NCBI GenBank assembly: GCA_044348005.1
Contig: JBIKTR010000004.1
Location: 715 to 64,714 of the forward strand
Direction of reading: 5' to 3'
DNA length: 64,000 nt
Source of the DNA: Vampirovibrionales bacterium
Lineage (GTDB): Bacteria > Cyanobacteriota > Vampirovibrionia > Vampirovibrionales > JAJTHC01
The notes below the pieces were generated by a model that made no database searches, was not told where the DNA came from, and saw nothing but the letters and a program-made list of their open reading frames with translations. Positions 53,489-63,730 of the stretch are shown here, one piece after another (positions within the stretch are counted from its first letter, which is position 1; every line of letters begins with the position of its first letter). Both the position numbers and the translations under genes were made by a program.

Positions 53489-55240
53489 TCACGCCTGTAC
53501 GTTTAAACGCGGTGGGGGGTTGGGCGTTAATTTCACGTCGGTAACGGCTTGATCCTGCTGGGGGTAAGGCTGAGCGTCTTGGGTGCTCGGTTCTTGCTTA
53601 GTCGCTAAAGCAGGCCCTGCTTCGGGGGTAAAGTTAGGCAATACCCCTTCAACATTAGACGTTTTTTCGCTATAGCGTTCTTTTTCTCCCGGTAAGGCAT
53701 ACACCAAGGCGTAACTCTTACCATTAAAGTATTTTTGGGCATACGCCTGAATCTCTTCAGGGGTAATGCTGTTAATGTATTGTTCATAACGTGCCAAATA
53801 ATCCACGGAATGGGTCAAGGCTTCTGTGCCAATGGCGTAGCTGGAATCTTCACCATGTTGTAAAGACATTTTATGCTGATGAATGAGGGTTTTTTTAACA
53901 TCTTTAAGTTTTTCCTCATCAATGGGGGTATGGCCCAATTGACTCAGTTCTTTCATTAGGGCGTTAGCGGCTTTTTGTTCATGGCCTTCAAAGCTATGCA
54001 TCATAATTAAAGACATCCCCGTGTTCTTCTGAACACTCGACATCATCGAAACGTCCATGGCCAAATGGTCTTCATCCACCAAGTGACGATTAAGAGGCGC
54101 CAGTTCACCCCCTGTTAAATACGCTTCTAAAATTTCTTGGGTGGCGCGACCTTTTTTGTCACTTTTACTAGGCCCTTCAAAACCCAATAACACGAGTGAA
54201 AGCCCACTTAATTTGGGATCCACATAGGTTTGTTCGCGTATTTCATTAGGCTTCATGCTCCACCTTAGCCCTGCGTCGTTAATGGGGGCTGGGCGTGCCA
54301 CTTGGTGACCAAACTCCTTGTTAATAAGGGGTAACACATCGGCAGGGTTTACGTTGCCTGAAAGTACCGTAATCATATTGGTGGGGGTGTAGAAGGTTTC
54401 AAAAAAGCGTTTCAAATCGCTGGCGTGGGTGTCTAGCACATCTGTTCGACTGCCTAGGGTTTGGTAAGAAACGGGACGATCTAGCATCAGTTCAAAGGCT
54501 TTGTCCATCGCACGCAGGCTTGAACTTTCAAGGCGTTCACTGGCTTCATTAAGTACGTTCTTTCGTTCTTGTTCAATGTTGACGTCTTCATACATCGGGT
54601 GCAACACCTGTTCAGCGTGCAATTGCAACATACTGGGCAAATCTTCACGGTTAAAATGCAATTCATGTTGCACTTCTTCGTCACTGGTACTGGCATTAAG
54701 TGAAACCCCATAGGCTTCAATGTTTTCAACCCATTCGTTTTTTGTGGGGAAGTTTTTCGTGGTAAGGAAATGGCAGTGTTCATCCAAGTGAGCAATGCCT
54801 GATTGAAAGCCTGTTTCTTGGTATTGTGGGCTTTTGTACACCGAATTTTCGTTGGTAGAACCCGTGCGTATAAAGGTACGCAAACTGACTAAATTGTCAT
54901 GACGACGTTCAAAATAAACCTGATGCCCATTTTTTAACACATAATGTTCTACCTGATTACCATTGGGCAGTTGGGTAGACGCCAATTGTTCAATCCCTAA
55001 AGACTTAAGTTCATCTTCTGTCACCACAGGCGGTGGTACTTGAAGTTGCGAGGGAGTCCCCTTTTCCGCTGGGGGGGGATCCAACACCAAACCAATTTCT
55101 TCAAAAGGAAAAATGCCATTTTCAGGCGAACGTTCAACCGCACTTAAACGGCTAATTTCTGGAAGATTCCCCTTCACTGAAGCCGTGTAATACGTTTGAA
55201 GCAGGGGAGAGAGCGTGCGATTTTGTGCCAAAGTCATCAT
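53489..55240 (-). CDS. M16 family zinc peptidase (pitrilysin-like)
   Basis: Inverted zinc motif GIAHLDEHCHF (HxxEH). 583 aa. Confidence 0.7.
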   Translation of the reverse strand: MMTLAQNRTLSPLLQTYYTASVKGNLPEISRLSAVERSPENGIFPFEEIGLVLDPPPAEKGTPSQLQVPPPVVTEDELKSLGIEQLASTQLPNGNQVEHYVLKNGHQVYFERRHDNLVSLRTFIRTGSTNENSVYKSPQYQETGFQSGIAHLDEHCHFLTTKNFPTKNEWVENIEAYGVSLNASTSDEEVQHELHFNREDLPSMLQLHAEQVLHPMYEDVNIEQERKNVLNEASERLESSSLRAMDKAFELMLDRPVSYQTLGSRTDVLDTHASDLKRFFETFYTPTNMITVLSGNVNPADVLPLINKEFGHQVARPAPINDAGLRWSMKPNEIREQTYVDPKLSGLSLVLLGFEGPSKSDKKGRATQEILEAYLTGGELAPLNRHLVDEDHLAMDVSMMSSVQKNTGMSLIMMHSFEGHEQKAANALMKELSQLGHTPIDEEKLKDVKKTLIHQHKMSLQHGEDSSYAIGTEALTHSVDYLARYEQYINSITPEEIQAYAQKYFNGKSYALVYALPGEKERYSEKTSNVEGVLPNFTPEAGPALATKQEPSTQDAQPYPQQDQAVTDVKLTPNPPPRLNVQA

Positions 55241-55444
55241 AAAAAGCCTATAAGCGTTTAAAACAGGTGAATACCCTTAACTATATTGGCATAAACACAA
55301 AACCTATTCAAATGATGCTATAAATGTAACAATGTAGTTATAGAAAGTTCTGCAAAAGTGGCTTTACTCCCTTTCGCAGAGGGTTCTATACCAATTAAAA
55401 AAAGAGGCATTGCTTTTTTGCCACAACTGCCTTAGAGTTTTAGT

Positions 55445-56899
55445 ATGACAGCACTTGTTTGGTTTCGTCAAAATTTAAGACTCAAAGACAATCCCCCCCT
55501 TTACTTTGCCTGTGAACAAAGTCAAGGCGTACAAGCGGTGTTTCTTTATAGTCACGATTCAACCTACCAGCGCCCCAGGGGGGGGGCCAGTCAGTGGGCG
55601 TTGCATCAAGCCCTCACTCATCTCGCCACAGCGATTCAGCAACACACCCCCAACCAATCGCTTTATGTGGAAAAAACCGCAGACCCCTTGGCGAGTTTGT
55701 TGCGCTTGGTTGAAGCCACAGGCGCCACCACCGTTTATACCGAAAAGCGTTGGGAACTGGGTGAGCGCCAGTTAGAAGCCAAACTAAAAGAAGCCTTAAT
55801 GCAACAGGGCGTAGAACTCAAATGTTACAACGCCAGTTTACTTCAACCTGCCAGTGCGGGCACCAAGGCCGATGGTTCCCCGTACTTGGTGTTTACCCCG
55901 TATTGGAAGGCGCAACTTCCGCAATTTCAGAACGCGTTGCGTCCTATTTTAGGGGTGCCGAAACACATGCCCGTTTGCCTTAAGCCCTTACAAGCGCGTT
56001 CCATCGATTCACTTGGGTTAATGCCAACCATTCCCTGGTTTAAGGCCATGCAAGCCGAATGGGATTTGAGTGAAGCGGGGGCTCAAGCCTTGCTGGATCG
56101 CTTCTTGTTTAAGGCTATTTCAAACTATAAGGACGATCGAAACATTCCCGCCGTAGAAGGGACCTCTCGTTTGTCGCCGTATTTGCATTTTGGCGTTGTG
56201 AGCGTATGCGATGTGTTTAAACAAGCCTTGGCGTTGAAAAGCGCCGCCTTGGGCCCTTGCGCCAATGCGTCGATTGACACGTTTCTTTCTGAATTGGGCT
56301 GGCGAGAGTTTGCGCATCACCTTCTCTATTTTCACCCGTCCATGCCAGTGACGCCCTTAAAAAAACCGTTTGAATCCTTTCCTTGGCAGCCCAATGAAGC
56401 CTTATTACGTGCCTGGCAAACGGGGCAGACGGGTTACCCCTTGGTCGATGCAGGCATGCGAGAGCTATGGGCTCGGGGCTGGATGCACAATCGCGTGCGG
56501 ATGGTCGTTGGGAGCCTGTTGGTTAAGCATTTTTTACAGCCTTGGCAAGCAGGGGAATCGTGGTTTTGGGAAACGTTGATTGATGCCGATGTGGCCAATA
56601 ACGCCATGGGCTGGCAGTGGATTAGTGGTTGTGGGGCGGATGCGTCCCCCTATTTCAGGGTGTTTAACCCTATCATGCAGTCGCAGAAGTTTGACAGCCA
56701 AGGCGACTATATTCGCCAGTGGGTGCCTGAACTGGCTCAAGTTCCAGCAGAAGGGGTGCATGCGCCGTGGGAATTGGGCAAGCATGCGTTGAAGGGCTAT
56801 GGCGTGGTCTTGGGGGAAAGTTATCCGTTTCCGCAGGTGGAACATTCGTTCGGGCGAAAACGCGCGTTAGACGCTTTGGCCCATTTAAAATCTTTATAA
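55445..56899 (+). CDS. phrB: deoxyribodipyrimidine photolyase (class I CPD type) or cryptochrome
   Basis: [16 protein letters not shown] at the N-terminus, with [11 protein letters not shown] and [19 protein letters not shown]...[30 protein letters not shown]. Confidence 0.9.
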   Translation: MTALVWFRQNLRLKDNPPLYFACEQSQGVQAVFLYSHDSTYQRPRGGASQWALHQALTHLATAIQQHTPNQSLYVEKTADPLASLLRLVEATGATTVYTEKRWELGERQLEAKLKEALMQQGVELKCYNASLLQPASAGTKADGSPYLVFTPYWKAQLPQFQNALRPILGVPKHMPVCLKPLQARSIDSLGLMPTIPWFKAMQAEWDLSEAGAQALLDRFLFKAISNYKDDRNIPAVEGTSRLSPYLHFGVVSVCDVFKQALALKSAALGPCANASIDTFLSELGWREFAHHLLYFHPSMPVTPLKKPFESFPWQPNEALLRAWQTGQTGYPLVDAGMRELWARGWMHNRVRMVVGSLLVKHFLQPWQAGESWFWETLIDADVANNAMGWQWISGCGADASPYFRVFNPIMQSQKFDSQGDYIRQWVPELAQVPAEGVHAPWELGKHALKGYGVVLGESYPFPQVEHSFGRKRALDALAHLKSL

Positions 56900-57027
56900 A
56901 AAACGCATCAAAAAAACTTTAGCGTCTTTAATGTCATTAACACTTCATCTTATTTGAGGTAAACTGTCCCTGTGAAAGCCTTTTTTCACACTTAGGCCCT
57001 TTTCTAAGCGTTAATGGTTTTTTCTTT

Positions 57028-59307
57028 ATGCCCACTGGTGTTGTTTCGAATTTAAAGCTCAACTTGTCCCAAAATTCAACAATACAAGCCTTCACCCCAG
57101 AAGGCGCTGCTTCGGCTCGAAAAAAGCGTCGTCGGGGTCATGCTAGAGACACCCAACTGTTTGAAAAAAGCCTTATCACGTCGGGTGCGTTGACACTGGT
57201 GGGTTTGCTTGGCTTGTGGAAATGGGGGCAAATGACCCCTGAACAAGGCTTGTTCCGCAGTATTAACGCGCAAAGCATCCCGATCCTGTCTCAATTACGT
57301 CTGCCTAAAACAGGCTTTAGTAAGGTAGATCTCACTTCGACTGCAATGACCACTATTCAATCTGTCGCGTTGACTTTTTCCGCGTTTCTAACCCATCAGC
57401 ATGCATTTGAAACGTTTGGTGGAGAAATGCTAAAACGTTTTTTTGGTGTAAGTGTGATTAAATCGGTCAAAGGCACCAAAAATAAGTCTGGGCAATACCC
57501 CGTGTTTAGTGTGAATCGATGGTTCTTGGATTACATGATGAAGCCTAGAAACCTGACTCGAAAAATCGACACATTGCTATCGAAATCTGCATGGGTGAGG
57601 TTTACTTCTAACTGGCGCAACACGGTGGGCTTAGCCATTCAAGACATGTTTGGACTCAATACCCCTTTTGAAGCGATGTTTCCACAAATCAAAGAAATTC
57701 CTGAAAGAGCAGGCACACTGAAAGACGTTCGCATTAACGCGTTTCGTGAACGCTTGACGCTTCAACAAAGCGAGCGTGAAATTTTGCAAGCCCTTGAAAA
57801 AGGCATTGCCATTAGGGCGTCCTATACCCAAGCCCAAAAAGCCTTTACAGAGGCTTTAAACTCTAGGGACGTTGAAACACTCCGCCGTTCTTATGAACAA
57901 TTCGCCCACGTTCAATACGATTACAACCATTGTTTTTATGATATTCGCTATGAAGAGCCACCCAAAGGCGATCTCATCGATCAATGGATCGGCCACGACA
58001 GTCGAAATACCTTTATAAGCACGTTAAAGCAATGGACTGACCACGCCCCCGATATAAAAACCCTTCCCCCACGCATCCAAGCCTTGTGGAAGATGTTAGA
58101 CGCTAAAAATGAACAGGCCAATGGCTTAAAACCACAACCACTAGAAAGCGATGTGATTGATTGGCCCAAAGAACTGACGATACTGGGGCAAAACGAAGCT
58201 CAAAAAAGCTTGCAAGAGTTAAGAGATACCCTAAAAGTTGGCTATATAACGGACTTGCTGAAAGCCCAGTTTGAAAAAGTGTTGCTATTAGAAGACGACA
58301 CAGCAGGTGTACCGAAGGATACGCCTGAACGCATTGAAAAGATTTTCTTACCTTATTTACAAGAAGTCACCAAGTATTCTAGCTACGATGCTGAGCACTT
58401 GGCATACGTTCGGGCCCTTCAAAAAAAATATCCACACCTGCCTTCACCTGTGAATTTAAACGAACTTGAAGCAGCGGGTCAAGATAGGCTCTTTTTAGAT
58501 TTGGTCGGGGACTTAGATTCGCTCAATCCACAATCTACACCGCTTCACCCACGAGAATCGGCCTTAGAACAGGCCTATGGCATAAAGGTGAATAAACCCT
58601 TAAGCACTGAAGAAAAACTAATCGCTTATAAAAAACTCGTCCACGAACGATTGGACACTTTTGTGACAGATTTGAAAGAAAAGCAGAACTTAGTCCTTAA
58701 CTTGTTTACGTATGAAGCCACCGGCATTTATAACGGTTTGATTAAACAAAGCATTCAGGAATATACGCAGGCCCAAGCCAACAGTTCACAGGAATTAAAA
58801 CTGGGCTATTACCTTGCCAAGGCCTTTGGCCAAGCGCGAAGCCTAAACACCCAGCCCTTGTTGAACAACAGTTCAGCAACGCCCCGTTTGTTTACGGGCA
58901 AAGCCTTCGATGTGTTAGACGCAGGCTTTAAGCTCAATGAACGCATTGACGATATTGATCAATATAAACGCAATAACTTTATTAAAACCATGTTACAAGT
59001 GGCCTTCCAAACGGCGGTGACGGCCTTTGTGTTAAGCAACGTGCTGTTCTTTATTGTGTACAACACCTTCTCTCGTTTAGATCCCGATTACAAAGGGCAA
59101 GGTAAAATCCCGCTCAACGATTGGGTAAACTCGTTCAAAGGCTTCGTGGGTCAAAAAGAAGCCCTTACTCCAGAAAAGGCTCCTGTAGAAGCCCACGTCA
59201 ATGTTTCGTTGAATTTGAATGAAGCGTCATTAAAGCAAGGGCATTCTAGCCCCCATAAAAACCAGCAAAAACCAAGTACCCCAATACAGGGAGGGGTTTC
59301 CACATGA
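57028..59307 (+). CDS. large orphan membrane protein, first of a second coupled pair
   Basis: 759 aa with hydrophobic segments ALTLVGLLGLW, IQSVALTFSAFL and C-terminal AFQTAVTAFVLSNVLFFIVY. The long central region looks helical. No motif recognised. Confidence 0.55.
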   Translation: MPTGVVSNLKLNLSQNSTIQAFTPEGAASARKKRRRGHARDTQLFEKSLITSGALTLVGLLGLWKWGQMTPEQGLFRSINAQSIPILSQLRLPKTGFSKVDLTSTAMTTIQSVALTFSAFLTHQHAFETFGGEMLKRFFGVSVIKSVKGTKNKSGQYPVFSVNRWFLDYMMKPRNLTRKIDTLLSKSAWVRFTSNWRNTVGLAIQDMFGLNTPFEAMFPQIKEIPERAGTLKDVRINAFRERLTLQQSEREILQALEKGIAIRASYTQAQKAFTEALNSRDVETLRRSYEQFAHVQYDYNHCFYDIRYEEPPKGDLIDQWIGHDSRNTFISTLKQWTDHAPDIKTLPPRIQALWKMLDAKNEQANGLKPQPLESDVIDWPKELTILGQNEAQKSLQELRDTLKVGYITDLLKAQFEKVLLLEDDTAGVPKDTPERIEKIFLPYLQEVTKYSSYDAEHLAYVRALQKKYPHLPSPVNLNELEAAGQDRLFLDLVGDLDSLNPQSTPLHPRESALEQAYGIKVNKPLSTEEKLIAYKKLVHERLDTFVTDLKEKQNLVLNLFTYEATGIYNGLIKQSIQEYTQAQANSSQELKLGYYLAKAFGQARSLNTQPLLNNSSATPRLFTGKAFDVLDAGFKLNERIDDIDQYKRNNFIKTMLQVAFQTAVTAFVLSNVLFFIVYNTFSRLDPDYKGQGKIPLNDWVNSFKGFVGQKEALTPEKAPVEAHVNVSLNLNEASLKQGHSSPHKNQQKPSTPIQGGVST

Positions 59308-61517
59308 TGATGAGTACACCCAACACACCTTCGCCCAACACCCTTTCATCCAACACCCCTGAACCCAATACGCAAACAACCCCACAAAAGGCTGTACCTT
59401 CTAAAGATTTTGCGATGTTGCGTCTTGCTCAAGCCTTAGTGGTAGGGGTTCCACTGACTTCAATAGTCGCTGGGTGGGTTGAACAGCTAAAACGCCCCGC
59501 CAACACCCCGAGCACCTATAACGTGAGTATTCACGGCGTTAACCCAATGGCAGAAGAAGGGGGTAGAGCCCTTCATCATAAAGCGAACCTATTAAGCGAG
59601 TATTCCACCGATTTTTCAAAAGCGGTGCAAAGTGCTTGGCGAATAACCGCCGTTTTACCCACAGATATTTTACGTTACGGCTTTAGAGGCTTTTCTCAAC
59701 TCTACATACAACCGCTTCTGGAAATAGTGCGTCGTATTAGTCGTGGTTTAACCTCCCCCATGATTCGTGAAGCGATTTTACCCACCGTAAACGGGCTTAA
59801 CCTTCAAGGAGCCAGAGAGTTTTACCCTCATTTAACGGATTTTGAATTTAATCAGCTTCAACAAGAAGTGGGGGACTTGCAACTGCACCAGCTTGAAGGC
59901 TTGCAAGATGCCCTGACTTCCGATTCAATGACCCAATCAGGCGAAGATTTTAAGTACTTGGCTCAAGCCATGAACGTCTTAAAGTTTAATCGATGGAATC
60001 CTCAAACGCGTCGGTACGAATCCCTGCCGTTGTCTAGTCTACCCATGTTGACGCGACACATTCGCATTATGACGCAACCCGATCGCATGGCGAGAACCAG
60101 TTCAACCTTGGCCAAATACGGGCTTCGAGATATTCCTTTTACGAATACCAGCGAAGTTTGGGATGGATCCTATAAGTTACTTGGTAAGGCAGCTATTCAA
60201 CATGAGTTGTTTACAGGCCCAGTGGGGGCTTACGAACATGTGGTAAAAACCTTGAAACTAGGCGACTTTATGCCTGAATACCAACAGTTTTTACAGCTTG
60301 CAAGCCAAGGACGTTTTGCCAGCAACGGGACGCTGAACCGTAAGATGGCCCAGCGTTTGTTTGACTTACACACCACTGAACCCGTTGAACGTGAGTTTCC
60401 CGTTGGTCATGCGTTTTTGAACTATCTATTTGGTTTTGCTAAACTAAAAGGCAAGGGCGAAGGGCAAATCCCCTTTGGTCGAGATACCTTAGGCTACATC
60501 AAACACAGCTTGCTTCGGGAAATGTCTACCCCCGTGGGTGTAAACGATTACAACGAACCAGCACACATGGCGGATGAACGCTTGGTAAGGGTATTAAAAA
60601 AAGTCATTGGTAATGAAACTTTGGTGTTGGACGACAACACCACCCGGCGAGTGGGCATGATTTTTGACCAAAACAAGGCCTTAAACATTGAAAGCATGGG
60701 GGTAGAACAATTCGCCAAAGAAGTTAGCCCGAATTTAGAACGTTTAAGAAACAATGTAGAAGCCGTTAAAGCCTTATTAAATAACCCCCAACTAACCGCG
60801 GAACAATTTCAAAGCGAATGCAAGAAGCGCTTGGCTGAATTTGAACTTGAACGCTTGCGTTTTGCAACCATTTTTCCAAGCAATAATCCCGAAAAACGCG
60901 GGGCGTTAAATAGAATCGTCGAAGAAGGACTCAGCGAAAAATACGTCAAAAATGCCTATACCTTTGTTACGCAAGGCATTCGTCATTATATTGCGTTTCA
61001 TCACACCATTCCAAACGCCCGAAAGCGCATGATTGTGCCTGAAGTATTGGTGAATGCTGTTTTAGGATTTAGTTTATTGGGGTTTGTGTGGAATGCCTTG
61101 GATGTCAATCGCATTCAGCCCTATGAATCTCAAATCAGCGACCAAAAAGGCAATGTTAAAGGCGCAGGCCTGATGCTTGGGCTTTCTATTTTGCCTGGAG
61201 CCACCTTGTTTACAGGCTTACTGACCCATGGCGCCTTACGCAGGTGGACGCAAGATTCGCCGACGCTTCGCTTTGCTGTGGCTTCTTTAGCTGGGCTTGC
61301 TACTACGTCGTTTTGCGCGTTTCACTTGGTGCGTGGGCATTTAGAAGGGAAGCCTGATGTTTCGTCTAAACAACGTTTTTCTCTAAACTCTCGTGTTGAA
61401 ATTTTCCATTCTCATCATTCGGAAATCATTAAGCAGGTCAAAGCCCATCAGCGTGTGCATCGAACAAATGAACGACGCCCCTACCCCACCCCTTCAAAAC
61501 CGTTTCCACACATTTAG
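59304..61517 (+). CDS. large orphan membrane protein, second of a second coupled pair
   Basis: ATGA overlap with the upstream gene. 737 aa with an N-terminal hydrophobic segment LAQALVVGVPLTSIVAGW and three C-terminal hydrophobic segments. Confidence 0.55.
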   Translation: MMMSTPNTPSPNTLSSNTPEPNTQTTPQKAVPSKDFAMLRLAQALVVGVPLTSIVAGWVEQLKRPANTPSTYNVSIHGVNPMAEEGGRALHHKANLLSEYSTDFSKAVQSAWRITAVLPTDILRYGFRGFSQLYIQPLLEIVRRISRGLTSPMIREAILPTVNGLNLQGAREFYPHLTDFEFNQLQQEVGDLQLHQLEGLQDALTSDSMTQSGEDFKYLAQAMNVLKFNRWNPQTRRYESLPLSSLPMLTRHIRIMTQPDRMARTSSTLAKYGLRDIPFTNTSEVWDGSYKLLGKAAIQHELFTGPVGAYEHVVKTLKLGDFMPEYQQFLQLASQGRFASNGTLNRKMAQRLFDLHTTEPVEREFPVGHAFLNYLFGFAKLKGKGEGQIPFGRDTLGYIKHSLLREMSTPVGVNDYNEPAHMADERLVRVLKKVIGNETLVLDDNTTRRVGMIFDQNKALNIESMGVEQFAKEVSPNLERLRNNVEAVKALLNNPQLTAEQFQSECKKRLAEFELERLRFATIFPSNNPEKRGALNRIVEEGLSEKYVKNAYTFVTQGIRHYIAFHHTIPNARKRMIVPEVLVNAVLGFSLLGFVWNALDVNRIQPYESQISDQKGNVKGAGLMLGLSILPGATLFTGLLTHGALRRWTQDSPTLRFAVASLAGLATTSFCAFHLVRGHLEGKPDVSSKQRFSLNSRVEIFHSHHSEIIKQVKAHQRVHRTNERRPYPTPSKPFPHI

Positions 61518-61672
61518 GGCTTGGGGGGTACTCCCTTTCCCTATGGGAGCAGGAACCAAGCGAAAAGACTGTTGCAGAGGCTTCTAAGAAAGGTTGCACT
61601 TTTTTGTGACGACTTGAAGAAAAAGTGCTATGCTATAGAAGCTTTGCCCTTACCTTGAAAGTCCCCAGCACG

Positions 61673-62401
61673 ATGCGGATCCACATTAAAAAGAAAACCA
61701 AAAAAAATGGAAACGTCGTCTTTGTCATTCCGGGCATGAGCCTCCTGACTCCCGACGGTGAAAAACTCATTCCCAACCCCAACGGCCTTAAACCCATGGC
61801 TTATGAAGCCCTTGAAAATGCGATTGCCGCAAGCCATAAGGCGGGTTATGACGCCGAGTTTCAAGACGATCTCTTCCCCCTTGAACACCCCTTACGAAAA
61901 AAAGACGCCCCCACTCTAGGCAACCAGCGCCAGTTAATGGTAAAAGACGCCCTAAATCAGGCGTTTGCCACCTTGCTTAAACGCCTAGAAGACAAAGAAG
62001 CCCTTGTGCTGGTTTCCACCATTAAAGCCTTGAGTTTTTATAACAAAAGCGAAGCCATTGCCCCCCTACTCACCCACTTGGGGCATGAAAGCAGTGATGT
62101 TCGCACCGCCCTTCAACAGGCGTGCTGTCACTTACCGAGTTTAGAAACGCTACAAGCCTTGGCTCATGCGTATGGTCATAGCTTGGTGCATGAACGCAAT
62201 GCGGAAATGGGGTATCGCGTGCGCTTAACGATTTTAAAGAGTTGGGAAGCCATGGCCGACTGCCTCCCCACCGAAGCCTTTTCAGTGGTGATGACCCATG
62301 TGCTTCACGCCCTAGAAGAAGAACAGTGGCTGATTCGTAGCACGGCGGCTAGTGTGCTGGCTCATCTTGCCGAACGCCATAAGCAGGAGCCTTCAAACTG
62401 A
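61673..62401 (+). CDS. HEAT-repeat-like hypothetical protein
   Basis: Repeats of the type VSTIKALSFYNKSEAIAPLLTHLGHESSDVRTA and EEQWLIRSTAASVLAHL. The ATG at 61673 is preferred to the GTG at 61625. Confidence 0.45.
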   Translation: MRIHIKKKTKKNGNVVFVIPGMSLLTPDGEKLIPNPNGLKPMAYEALENAIAASHKAGYDAEFQDDLFPLEHPLRKKDAPTLGNQRQLMVKDALNQAFATLLKRLEDKEALVLVSTIKALSFYNKSEAIAPLLTHLGHESSDVRTALQQACCHLPSLETLQALAHAYGHSLVHERNAEMGYRVRLTILKSWEAMADCLPTEAFSVVMTHVLHALEEEQWLIRSTAASVLAHLAERHKQEPSN

Positions 62402-63084
62402 TGCGTCTTTCCTCTTCAGTCCCAAGCGTTACGACTGTTCGCCCGCCAGTGCTTTTAATTGGCGCAGGCGGGCATGCCAAAGTGATCCTAGAAGAGTTTA
62501 AATCCCTATACGACTTTCGCGCGGTGTTGAGCGATGCCCCCTTGAGTCGGCGACAAACCGAGTATTTTAAGGGGCATGGGCTAGATGTGTTGATTGAATC
62601 AGACGCCGTGCTTGACGCCTTTTTAGCCAAGCAAATCACCCATGCCGTGGTGGCGGTGGGTGACAATGACGTGAGGCTCCAAATCGCGGAATCGCTCTTG
62701 CAAAAAGGGTTTCACGTGCCTAGCCTGATTCATCCAGACGCAAAAATTGCGTCCACCGCAGCAATTTTCCCCACAGGCGTGCAGATTTTAGCTGGGGCGC
62801 ATGTGGGGGCTTCGGCAGTGGTGGGCGCACACACGATTTTGAATCACCACGCTATTGTCGAACATGACGCCACCTTAAGCAATGCGGTTCATGTGGCACC
62901 ACAAGCGGTGGTGTTGGGGGGGGCTTCGCTTGCCACAGGCACGTTGTTGGGGTGCCACGCCACGGTGTTACCCAATGTGCAGGTGTTGGCCAAAGCGCAG
63001 ATTGGGGCAGGGGCGGTGGTGACTCAAAACATCCACCAAGAAGGTGTCTATGTCGGCATACCCGCTATACTATCGGCTAGATAA
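62401..63084 (+). CDS. NeuD/PglD-family sugar O-acyltransferase (left-handed beta-helix)
   Basis: N-terminal Rossmann-like LLIGAGGHAKVILEE. C-terminal hexapeptide repeats (GAHVGASAVVGAHTILNHHAIVEHDATLSNAVHVAP...). TGATG coupling to the upstream gene. Confidence 0.7.
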   Translation: MRLSSSVPSVTTVRPPVLLIGAGGHAKVILEEFKSLYDFRAVLSDAPLSRRQTEYFKGHGLDVLIESDAVLDAFLAKQITHAVVAVGDNDVRLQIAESLLQKGFHVPSLIHPDAKIASTAAIFPTGVQILAGAHVGASAVVGAHTILNHHAIVEHDATLSNAVHVAPQAVVLGGASLATGTLLGCHATVLPNVQVLAKAQIGAGAVVTQNIHQEGVYVGIPAILSAR

Positions 63085-63218
63085 AACGGTCTATGGTCTC
63101 TTCGTTGTCGCTACGATTTTTTTGCTTGGTTATGTACGTTTATGTACACGCCCGCACAAAAAAATCTAGGCTCCTAGAATAGCCTCATCGCCTGTTTCAT
63201 CTAGCGGATACTATGGGC
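63061..63218 (+). repeat. dispersed palindromic element, member C
   Basis: 5' box at 63099-63117, a central stem GATTTTTTTG/CAAAAAAATC (63115-63124 with 63157-63166) and the 3' box at 63166-63185. The outer arms 63061-63089 and 63191-63218 are largely complementary and overlap both flanking CDS ends. Confidence 0.75.
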
Positions 63219-63590
63219 TTGAAAAGGCAAAAACGTGAGCGAGGCAGAATTGATGCAGTAGCGTAAGCCTGTTGGGGCGGGTCCGTCCGTAAAGACATGA
63301 CCCAGATGCGCCCCGCAAGACGCACAACACGATTCCGTGCGAAGCATCCCGTGAGAACGATCGACCTTTTCAAGCACGGCTGTAGGTTCAATAGGGGCGT
63401 AAAAACTCGGCCAACCTGTTCCGCTGTCAAACTTGGCTTGGCTACTAAACAACGGGCTGTTACAACAAAGGCAATGGTACACGCCCACCGCTTTATGGTT
63501 CCAGTACGCATTTTGAAACGGCGGTTCCGTGCCACCGCATTGAGTCACGTGGTGCTGTAAATCAGTCAATTGGCAGGAGTTTGGCTGCAT
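63201..63590 (-). CDS. msrB: peptide-methionine (R)-S-oxide reductase
   Basis: CLCCNSPLF...GTGWPSF...[16 protein letters not shown]...RYCINS: two CxxC zinc motifs and the catalytic Cys box. Confidence 0.9.
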   Translation of the reverse strand: MQPNSCQLTDLQHHVTQCGGTEPPFQNAYWNHKAVGVYHCLCCNSPLFSSQAKFDSGTGWPSFYAPIEPTAVLEKVDRSHGMLRTESCCASCGAHLGHVFTDGPAPTGLRYCINSASLTFLPFQAHSIR

Positions 63591-63730
63591 TGGGGTCTTT
63601 CCTTATCTTTTAGAAGAACCTTTTTTTACTAGACTAGCACAAAAAACAGCGCCCGATGCGTTTATGCTAATGAAGACTATTTTTAGGTCATATCATCAAA
63701 CAATTTACAGGATTCAAGAGGAAGGCTCAT

